From NCBI RefSeq assembly GCF_009914755.1, contig NC_060940.1: a stretch of DNA of 64,000 nucleotides. One strand, 5' to 3'. This stretch comes from the human T2T-CHM13v2.0 reference genome, Homo sapiens. The notes beneath the pieces are model-generated. The model saw only the letters and a list, made by a program, of their open reading frames with translations, ran no database searches and was not told the DNA's origin. This document shows, piece after piece, positions 53,350-64,000 of this stretch. Numbering within the stretch: position 1 is the stretch's first letter; every line of letters begins with the position of its first letter. The position numbers and the translations under genes are program-made.

Positions 53350-53866
53350 TAGTGATTCTCAACTGGGGATAATTTGCACCACCCCTCTTCCCAACCCTGG
53401 TGATGTTTGGCAATGTTAATGTTTGATGACATTTCTGGATGTCACAACTGTGTGTGCAGGGGGACAGTGTTCTGTTGATGTCTAGGGATTAGATGCCAGA
53501 GATGCTGCTAAACAACCTACAATGCACAAAGAATGTAGGGATCCCTCTACATTCTTTGTTCCAGGGACCAAAGGGATGCTACCTTTGAAATATTGAATAG
53601 TCTCTGCCAGTGCAGGAAGAGCTTCTAAGCATGTTCTTTGGTTATGCATTGCTATTTAATAGGCAAGAATTAAACTTCAAGAATAATGATTTTCACAGTA
53701 TCATATAATCTCTCTGGAATACAGCAGTAAATTGATATGGGAATGAAAATTGGACTACAAAGGCTGGTTTTCACTGTTGAGTATTGTCTCTAATACTTTC
53801 TTCTTGCCCCCGCAACAAAGAATTTTCCAGCCCTCAATGTTAATAGTGCTGAAGTCCAGAAAGCTT
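53350..53866 (+). mobile_element. MER20 (hAT-Charlie), split by a ~280-bp non-MER20 insertion
   Basis: tagtgattctcaactgggg..tttggcaatgt..gatgctgctaaacaacctacaatgcaca | gcccccgcaacaaagaatt..aatgttaatagtgctga. Confidence 0.88.
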
Positions 53867-53874
53867 TCTTCAGG

Positions 53875-54490
53875 GATTTTTAAAAGCAGCATTTATTATA
53901 CTATCTAAAAACAAAGCTACACATACTCATTGTAGAACATATGAGGAAAAACAAAATAACATTACAAAACAGAAAATGAAAATCATTCATAATTCCATAC
54001 CCAGAGGTAGCATCTGTTAATAGTTTTTCTATCTTACCACCCCCTCCATGTTTAATTACATGTTTTAAAAAGAGGATTGTTGTATGCATATTTGGTTACT
54101 TATTTTGCAACTTGCTGCTTTACTATACCTTAAACACCATTCAGTATCACTAAATAGTTTCTGCAAAAATCACTTGGAGTATGGTGTTCTGATTTGCAAA
54201 TTTATACAGATAATTCAGCCACTCTACTGTGGTTGGATTTTTGGTTATTTCCAAATAAATGATATGATTATGAAGATTTCTGAAGTTACATCCTTCACAA
54301 TACTAAATATGATTTTCTTAGGATAAAATTCAATGCCCAAAGTGTATTCAGTTTTTTTCTTTATTTATGATTTGAATTTTCACACTGTATGCTAAGAAAG
54401 AGTTCATCAAGGTTTCTTTCCACCAGCAGCATGTAAAAGCTCCTGTTTCTCACCTCCTTGCCAACTTGAATAAGACAGTGTCTTAAGGTA
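53875..54490 (-). mobile_element. Old L1ME-type 3' fragment
   Basis: ggttattttccaaat..ttttcttaggataaaatt..ttccaccagcagcatgtaa..cacctccttgccaac. Confidence 0.5.
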
Positions 54491-55401
54491 AAAATCATTA
54501 TTCTTGAAATTTAATTTTTGCCTATTAAATAGCAATGCATAACCAAAGAATATGCTTAGAAGCTCTTCCTGCACTGGCAGAGGCTATTCAATATTTCAAA
54601 GGTAGCATTCCTTTTGTCCCTAGAGGACCTCCCTTAAAGCAATTATTGATTTGTGTCATCAAAAACCAAGTATTCAAGAAGAAGACTCAGACTCTGGCTA
54701 AAATCAAAGTATGTGGCTTTCCCAGGAGTCCCATCTGCAAAAGGATCATTGATTTTTGACCTTTTGGGATGTTTCATCTCTCTCTCTCTCCTTTTTAAAA
54801 ATTCTCCCAATGTTTTATTATGTGCATGGATAACATGAGGAGGATGAGAGTAAAACTGAGGGATAAATGACACAGTTTCCCTGGTTTGTGATTGGTGCAT
54901 ACCAAGCACCTCTCAGGCATATTAAACTTTAAACATTTTAAACAATCAAATAAAAATCAATATGTCTAGGCAGATGTCCTTCTCTACTAATCAGTAAAGG
55001 TACTTTGTTTCTGTTTGATTTTATTAAAACATTCCAAATAAGTAAGGACAAGCTTTCTAGAGGCAATTAATTAATACAGCCTCTGTGTTCATATAAAGAT
55101 GTTTATCTCAAAAGTGTCAGATGTAGTCCACAAATTGCAATCTAATTTGTGTATAAGATTTTAATGATCCAGGTTCTAGATCTTCAAAAATTGCTTTAAG
55201 CTCTTCTCTTCTAAATTTGCTTTGACAATTTTTGGGGTGCTAGAAAATGATATACTTTGCATGACAAATTTCATATTCTAGGCACCTAACATAATAGGTA
55301 CAAATCTCACATTGATATTAACTAAAGGCGGTAAAAATGTCACTTTCTAGATCTTTAAGTGTCAAAAAGCTAAATACGTTTCCCTCTATACTGATACATG
55401 A

Positions 55402-55810
55402 TGTATTCATCAGTTTTTGATGTATAACAGCTGACCTCAAGATCGCAGTCGCTTATAGCACAAACATGTATTTTATTGTGCAAGATTCTACATATCTCAT
55501 GATGCTCTGCTGGCCGTGCTCTAGGTTGCTTGTTGGGTCACGATCTATTCTACCTATTTCTTCATTCACCTTGGATCTGCAGGCACTTGAGACGTATTCT
55601 CCTCAGGACAGATGGCAAAAGTGTGAGAGGCCAAGCCAAACACACAGCTCATTTAAAGCCTCTGCTCCTGTCATGTCTCCTAACAGTCCTTTTCCCAAAG
55701 CAGGTCAAGTGACCAACACTAACCTCAATGGGAAATATGCTTCGACTCCTCCATGGAGGGTTCTGCAGAGGCACAGTGTCTAAATTAGTTGCTTAGTAAT
55801 TTAATCTACA
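55402..55810 (-). mobile_element. MLT1-type MaLR LTR
   Basis: tgtattcatcag..tgtataaca..gccaagccaaacacacagctcatttaaagcctctgct..aaagcaggtcaagtgacc. Confidence 0.65.
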
Positions 55811-56944
55811 CCTAGTGCTGTACTGTGCTGTCTTCATTTAGTTTAAACTGGTTTCTATTTTGAACAATCATAATCTGTTCATATGGCTGTTCTTGTGTCC
55901 CAATTAAACAGTGATATTCTCAAGGAAGAAATTGTATTTTCTTCTTCGTGCCAACCACAAACATAGCATTTGTAGAGGAAATCTATGAACTCAGCAATAG
56001 TTTAAGAAATAAATTTAATAAATTAATACTAGTAACACATTGACAACCCAGTCAAATGGCTGACCAGAGACATATTACACAACTCACTTTAAAAATGTAA
56101 GACAAATGTTCTCTAAAAATGAACCATTTAAAATGCCTATGTTTATGATACTATAGTTATAGTCATTTCAGCGAGTCCATTTGAATCTGTTGTCAATATG
56201 GCTAATGATAATGATAATAAAAGCACCCAAGAGCAACTTTATAGCCACACTCTCCTAAATTATTTTAACCCACTTTTTCCTGAATCGCACCTCTGTTGTG
56301 TTTCACTTTCAAAGAGAAATTGCAAAAATAAAGTAGGAGGTTATTAAGTAAAATGAATACTTAACAACTCCCCAAACCCTCACTGTGGCCTTCTCCTTGA
56401 GACCTAAGTGGCAGTCTTGTGATATACGATTCCTCATGATTTTCAGGTTCTGGGTCACAAGAGTGACTCATTTGTTACTAAGACACCTGTCTGCTGCACA
56501 ATTCCAAATGCAAGAGGAAAATGGGAAAAGGTTCTGTTGTTTTCTATTTCTTTAAATGTTTCAGTAGCAATATTTGGAAGAGAAAGACAGATATCTTGTT
56601 ATTACTTTGAGACTTAAAAAGGTGCATGAATGTCATACAAGTATGTACACACATACACAACTACTTATGTTTATTGGTTGGTACCAACACAAACAAAAGT
56701 TTTCTGAGAAGAAATGCCAAAAAAGGAAATGGATAGTAAATCTTTCATTGCCTCTTAAGATGTATTTATGTTCATACATGTCAAAATTTGGGGGATAAGA
56801 GGACGTGGATCATAGTCTCTGCTGTGTCAAACTTAAATCATCAAATACTATCAAAATCGTTCAGCGCAATGAGGAAAATCATTTACAAATGAGGATCAGA
56901 GACAGTTGCAGGGATCCACAGTCTCTTTTTATAGATCATAAAAA

Positions 56945-57125
56945 TTATGGCTTCCAGAAAGGCAGACGTGGGTTTGAATCCTAACTCCATTACACTTTAC
57001 ACATCTTCAAATATCACAAAGTTACATTTTCTGAGCCTTAGTTTCTTCATCTTTAAAATGATCCCAGAGGGCTGTTGTAAGGACTTACAGATGCATAAAG
57101 CAGATAGTTTAATGTGTGGCAGCAA
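56945..57125 (+). mobile_element. MIR
   Basis: cagacgtgggtttgaatcct..tctgagccttagtttcttcatctttaaaatg. Confidence 0.75.
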
Positions 57126-58289
57126 GCCAGGTTCCAGTCAAATTGTGTTCCCCAAAATGGCCACACAGAATTAAAGAAAATTTAAAGTTAAATCAAATTG
57201 CATTTATAGTTTTAGCATTAAAACTAAGGTGGAAGTAGGACACAAACCCATCTCTGAGCATATTTACTTCTAATAAATAAATGTAGTGATTGAGGACTCA
57301 TCCTTTAACACACACACTTATAAATAGATCATGAAAAGCAGAATGACTATTTTAGGCTATGTTGTACAGCAGAAAAATCCTGGCCTTTGAAGTCAGAAAT
57401 TTATCATTTACCAGGTGTGTACCTCAGACAAATTATTTAACCTTCCCAAGCCTTGATTTCCTGATCGGTAATTGTAGTACATTTATGGGGGAACACTGTG
57501 TTTCAGGCACTGTATTAAACCTGTCAACATGTTTATGCACTAGTTTATTAATTCATCCGGCATCTTCAAGATGTTAGCCATTGTGAGAAGCCCTGAGTAT
57601 AGAGGGGTGAATGGTATTATCACCATCCCAACTTTCAGCCAGGTAGAGGAAACATGATTTCACCCTTTGTGGTACTTTCTCATTTTAAAATTGCATATTA
57701 ATAGTAAATGGTAAAAAGGATTCTGGGAGAGATAAAAGTACAGTGAGACAGGCATTTAAATAGAGTTAAAAGTGATGTCTTCTCTAGTGAGGCTTTATTT
57801 AAGTTGAGACTTGATGGATGAAATGCAACTAAGCAAACAATGTTTGGACATGGAAGACAGCTTGTTTGAAGCATAAACAAAAACTCTAATACTCCTTAAA
57901 ATGAACCTATTTAAATGTGAAAAAAAAATTCTGATGTTGTGATTCCATGTAAAGCTGTTAGATTTCTAAAGACATAGGTTGAGTCTAAGCTCTATTTCTT
58001 AATGGACTTTAATATTTCATTAACTTTTCTGAGACTTTGTTTCCTCATTTTGATTTTCAGTAAATATTAACTTTCTTATAACCTCTGTTCCCCATTATTC
58101 AGTCTTGGCATGTTGAAATAGATAGAAGGTGATAGCTTGTAAGTAAGAGAGGTGATGACAGAGAAGTCACTGAAAATCATGTATTCACTTAGTGCACATA
58201 ATCACCCAGAAATTTTAGATATTTATGTAACTTTAAATTTTGTTCATGCTTACAATAACAGAAAAAATAGTACTGTAGTCTACTCGTGG

Positions 58290-58665
58290 ATAATACTGAC
58301 GCACATCAATCTTATTTATTTTCCTAAGCATACAGAATTACTACATTTCCAAGCTTCCCTTGCAGTTAGATTGGGATCATGTGGTTAGATTCTGACAACT
58401 GCAATAGGGACGTACACATATTCCACTTACAGGTTTGGCCATAAACTAATTTATACAATTGTCCATGCTATGTCTTTCCATTCCATGAAAATTGAGGAGG
58501 TCATATGTAATGGTGAGCAGAAAAAGTCCGAATCCCTAAGTCATAATTTGGAGAAGAGCCACCAGGAGACCTAGATTCTGCCATGTGAGCAACAAATAAA
58601 CTTGAACCACTGAGATTGGGGATTGTTTATTGTAACAGCTAACATCCCATATCCTGACTAATGCA
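58290..58665 (+). mobile_element. MLT1-type MaLR LTR
   Basis: actacatttccaagcttcccttgcagttag..ccactgagattgggga..tcctgactaat. Confidence 0.65.
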
Positions 58666-59361
58666 CTAATCGTATGCATGTCAGAGGCTATTATGGCAAA
58701 AAGACTTTGAATAAAAATTTGATATTTAAGGAAGGTATTATCTCTTTTTTTCTAATCCTTTCTTTTAAAAAAGGTACATTACAATCCATCCTCTTTTCTT
58801 AATTAAAAATCCATTTTTGAGACCATCTTAAAATGAATCAGATAGGATGGGGTTTGAGAGACCAAAGCACTCATACTCCATTAGGTTGTGTTTTAGCCAC
58901 AAGATGATGACTAAAATCCCAGTATATTTCTGTCTTTATTCTTTGTAAATAAATGGAAATGGCTAATGCCCCCATAAAATATGAACAAAAGGAGTCCATA
59001 ATAAAGGCAAAGAAAGCTCCACTACATTAGATGTATTTTGCACAAAAGAATTAAAATACACATACACACACAGAGGAGAGAGAGAGAGAGACATACAAAC
59101 TTTCTACAACACTGACATTTCCATTGTCCTGAGAAATGGCCCTTTTCTAGGAACATATAATTATTAAAATCCTTAGGCCTAATTGGAAACCAGTGGTGTA
59201 GGTTAACATGGTGGATGACCACCAAGGAGAGAGTGTAATATAGTGAAAAAGGAAAGGACATGGGGTCAGGCCTGAACTTTGCCTGTTTCTATCTGTATCA
59301 TTTAGGTAAGGCATGAGTTTCCCCATCTGAAAAGACAAAATAATTATTTTTTCAGTATAGT

Positions 59362-59635
59362 CTTTTTTGTTTGTTTTAGACAGGAGTGAAGTGGCATAAT
59401 CTCAGCTCCCTGCAACCTCTGCCTCCCGGGCTCAAGTAATTCTCCTGCCTCAGACTCCCTAGTAGCTGGGATTACAGATGCACGTTACCATGCCTGGCTA
59501 ATTTTTGTATTTTTAGTAGAGACGGGGTTTTGCCATGTTGGGTAGGCTGGTCTCAAACTCCTGGCCTTGAGTGATCTGCCTGTCTTGGCCTCCTAAAGTG
59601 CTGGGATTACAGGCATGAGACACCACACTCAGCCA
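59362..59635 (-). mobile_element. AluS with ~20-nt deletion near its 3' end
   Basis: ttttagacaggagtgaagtggc lacks the gtctcgctctgtcgcccaggct segment; agtatagtctt on both sides. Confidence 0.92.
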
Positions 59636-59749
59636 GATTTTTTTTTTTTTTTTTAAGTATAGTCTTGAGCACTAAATTACTAGTCTGACATTTCTCTGCC
59701 TTTTTAATTCTTAACACTCTGGGTGCTGTGCTTGAAAGAGAATTACACG

Positions 59750-60870
59750 ATTTTGCAGATTTATGTTCTTTATCCTAAAGGCTATTCTGTACCCTAAGGA
59801 TTATTAGACAATTCTTCATAGATCTCTGGTCAGCTACCTCCCACATATCTCAAAACATCCATTACAAAACTTTAATCACTTCCTTCTGACTCTCTGTTCT
59901 ACTACTCTCAGTCGCTGTCCTGGCCTCTTGGAGGCTGCAGGGCATGAACCTACCTCCTGCCATATCATGGACATTTCTATTTCTTCAACTTCACTTTCCA
60001 CGATCAAGGAAGAAGTCCCTTCTCTCTGGGCAGAGACTAATCTGCCTTCTTGTGCTCCTGAACTCATTCCTTGTGTCTCATATGTGAGCTTGTTTGGTTG
60101 GTGATGATTCATCCTCTCCTGCTCCTTCAATCTTCCCTCTCATCTGCCGCTCCTCCACAGCATATCAATGCACTGAAATCTTCGCATGAGGGAAAAAATA
60201 AAGACAGAGAGGGTATTTCCCCTCATTTTTATTTTTTGTTTTGCTTCTCCAATCTTGCTCCTTTCTGTCATTAGCAAGCCCCTCCTATGAACAATGGTAT
60301 CAACTTATTCTTCTTTTACATCTATTGCAGGAGGCCTTCTCCCTTGTTTGCAGCACTAGAGCTGCTCTGGAAAATGATCTTCTAATTGCCAACTTGAAGT
60401 TAGTCCATTCAATTCTTTTTTTATTTAACTTCTCTGTAGCATTTGATGCTGTTGAGATTCTGTCTTGACACTATCACTTCCTTTCCATTTCTGATATTTG
60501 GTTTATTTATTTTCCCTCCTACCCCTTTGATCTTTTTCCTTATTTAAATAGTCTATGATATACTATCTTTTGGCTAGCATTTTAAATGCTGGCATCGGCC
60601 AATACTCTATTTGTCAGCTTCTTTTATTCTCTGCATTTTTCTTTTTAAAATTTTAACCATTTCCTTTATTTTCACTACAACTGACATGAAAATATTTCCT
60701 AAGTTTGTGTCTCCAGCTTAACTTCCCTAATTCTAGACTCAATAGTCTACTCAACCTCCACACTTAGATGTCCAGCAGCCATCTCCAGCTTGACATGTGA
60801 AAACTTCAATCTTCACTGCTCTTCCTCTAACAGCTCTTTCTCTTTCAACCTTGGTTGACAGTGTAACTTT
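59750..60870 (+). mobile_element. L2 fragment(s)
   Basis: aatgatcttctaattgcc..ctctgtagcatttgatgctgttga..cacttagatgtccagcagccatctc. Confidence 0.55.
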
Positions 60871-62151
60871 GACACTTTTAGGCTTTCTGCTTTATCTAAA
60901 GTTGCTTAAGAGTCTCAAATTTCAATTTCTTCATCTATAAAATGAGAATAATGCTAGTCAATGGAATAGAATGATATAATAATGACAAGAAAAACTATAA
61001 TTTACTGCCTATTAGTTTTATTCTATGTGCCAATCACAGTCTTGATATTTTACAATGGTTATTATTTATGGAAGGAGAGTAGGGTGTGTAAGTGGTTATT
61101 GCTTTTGCAACTAGGAGCCTGGGATTTGAAACACTCTTCTGTTTTAATTCCATTCTCACTGAAGCATAGAACTTCAGTGTCTATATCAGATGGTGCTTTT
61201 CCGGGAGAGAGAAAAGCTATTCTTTCAAGTCTATATTCTTGGAATCTTGGACAGTTTCATTCTTCCTCTACCCTAAGCAAATCTTTAAACCTATGGGATA
61301 ATTCTGCATACCAAATTTGCAATCCATAGTTGGATTCTTGATTTCAGTGATTAACACTTAAATAATCATCAAAATTTCAAAGACATATGTAAAAACTGAT
61401 ATCCAATTTTCCAAACCATAACCAGTCAGCTAATAGAATAAAAAAATAGAAAGTTATGGCTTTGCTTTGGTATTGTGAGACCGAACATACCCAACTCAGG
61501 TGCAGATAGAATAGAAACCTTTTATGAACATAGGAAAGACTTATTATTTATAAACAAAATAAATACCATTAGTATTTGCCTTTCAATATTAATTCTCCTA
61601 CCAGTGATTTTCAAGTTAATCCCACTGATTTATAAAATAACTTGGATTTCTTAATATTTTGCAGCACCTCATCACTTTCACATGGTGAGCTAATTCAGTA
61701 GCAATGGGCTCTATGGGCTCACAAATCAATGCTTCTTAAGCTCTTTATTAGCTTTTTTTGGTTCATTTATTTAATTTTACATTATGTGCCAAATTTAATC
61801 ACTGACAAAATCTTCCCAGAAAAATTCATGAATGCAACTTCACAAATACTTGTCAAATATCAAATATTACTTGAAGAAATAACAGGCCATCTGAAGCCCA
61901 TCTATTAACCCCTTATGAATCTACAGACCCTAGGTCAAAATTCTTTTGTATTAAAAGATCTTGGAGGGTCTAGGAATCCAAGCTTCTCCAAATACAGGAA
62001 GCAGCCAAATTCATTAACTACATATCCATTTATATAATTTTATAAAGTCATTTACTCAATTTTTTTTCACAATATAACTGGTTTCCTCAAGCTTTCTTAA
62101 AGTCTAACAATTATTTAGAAGGGTTTCTGTTTGGAATTAAAGAATTTTGCT

Positions 62152-62446
<295 letters not shown>

Positions 62447-63289
62447 TTGCCAGAAGTCAATAAATGAAGCACTTTTTTTTTTTCTCTGTCTGTTGGGGGA
62501 GACTGTATCTTTATACTTTTCAGAGAAAATCTTTGGACCTGAAGAATTAACATTAACCATTAAGAAGCAAAATGGAAAAAGAGACACATGTGGTACTGTA
62601 ATAGTCTATACACTGTAGAAAAGTCAAGAATATTTGTTTTTATTTATTTTATAACATGGTTATTTTCAAAGCATGTTTTTGACTTGTCTAAGTGGATTAT
62701 ATGAAATGTTTTACATTTAGCTTCAAAGTCTTTTGCAGATGCAGTCACTAAACTATCATTTATGGAGAAACAATTTAAGTTTTCACAAACTGCTATTGGT
62801 TGTATAAAACAAATCTTATGAGGTATTTTTCTAAATTTCAAAATGATACATATAATACATATTCTTCTTTAATGAATGTTGTTCTCATTATTTTTCTGCC
62901 TTGCATTTTCTTTAACAATTTCTAATTTAATGCTTAGTGATATTGAGCCAGGATTCAGAGATGCGGAGGTTTTGGGACTTGGTCTCAAATAGAAGTTTAT
63001 AAAGTGAAAAGAAGACATCTCAGACACAAGTGGGAAGGGCAGGCAAAATCATAAAGATGTGAAATACCACCACGTTTCATAACACATTCCCTTACTCCAA
63101 GCACAATCAATTCATTTAAAAAATTTAGGGTTGCAACATTGGTATGTCTTATGTGTCTTTTTGTTTTGGTCATGGGTTTATCATATCTAAATGATAAAGA
63201 ATTCCAAACATAGCAACAACCATCTTTTCATCTTCATTTTCAATCTACAACCACTAACAGACCCACCGTACATTATGTAACGATGCTGC

Positions 63290-63520
63290 TATCCAACATT
63301 TAATAAGTTCTTATAATGTCCACACATGATGTGTGATTTGCATTGTGTCAATAAACTTGCTCAGTGACTCTATGCAGCTAGTAGATACTATGTTTTATTT
63401 AAGAGGGGAAATTAAAGCTCAGAAAGATGATATAAAAAATCCAAGACCAAACAGCTAAGGGCAGACCTAGGATTTGAATCCAGACATGGCTTCAGAGCAG
63501 ATATCCTTATTCACTGTAGC
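63290..63520 (-). mobile_element. MIR
   Basis: gaggggaaattaaagctcagaaagatga..cagctaag..ggatttgaatccagaca. Confidence 0.6.
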
Positions 63521-64000
63521 ATTGTTTGTGATATAGTGGCAACTTTGAACAGAAAATATAGCAAACCTATAGCATTTTCCCCGTTTGAACTTTAATCATC
63601 TTCTTTTTCCTTTATCTTATTATACCTTTATTCTCCTACCCCTCTAGCCTCACCACTCCCCTCCATACAATTAGAGACCCATCTTTTGGGATTAGAGACA
63701 GATGTTCCAAATCACAGTGGGATAATTTTTTTTTTCTTATGGGATCACTGACCTATATTTTCCTTTGCCATAGGACTCTATTTCTGGAATTCTGATGCTT
63801 ATACAAAGGGGGAAATTCTCCCTTTGTGTTTATGAATACTTGCTCCTCTCTTTTTCTCTGTTTAGCTTTTTTCATTGGTCTGATAGACAGAAACCCTCTT
63901 CCTCATTGCATTTTGGTAGCAGTTAAATAGAAATATAAAATAATAAGCTAGATAGGTACAAAAATATTATCTTTCCATTACTAATACAAGCTGATATTAG

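Overview
Human genomic DNA with no recognisable protein-coding exon, RNA gene or CpG island. The species call rests on a full-length AluYa5 carrying all five diagnostic positions plus a second Ya5-type fragment. The window is AT-rich intronic or intergenic sequence dominated by interspersed repeats: about 20 Alu elements or fragments, a near full-length ~7.5 kb old L1MA-type element, several truncated L1 pieces, MaLR/ERVL/ERV1 solo LTRs, DNA-transposon fossils (MER53, MER5, MER82, MER20, MADE1) and many MIR/L2 remnants. The supplied ORFs are repeat-derived or chance ORFs. I did not find a convincing new gene system. The most unusual structures are three. (1) A ~280-bp multi-template patchwork insertion splits a MER20 at ~53529-53805; it consists of a hairpin, an inverted copy of a segment ~0.8 kb downstream and a direct copy of a segment ~0.5 kb upstream. 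(2) A 5'-truncated AluYa5-type insertion at 26996-27114 has a perfect fold-back palindrome at its 5' end. (3) That same insertion extends a Tigger-transposase HTH remnant into a 117-codon chimeric ORF. Repeat family names come from remembered consensus sequences, not a RepeatMasker run, so subfamily labels and old-repeat boundaries are approximate. The genomic locus was not identified.
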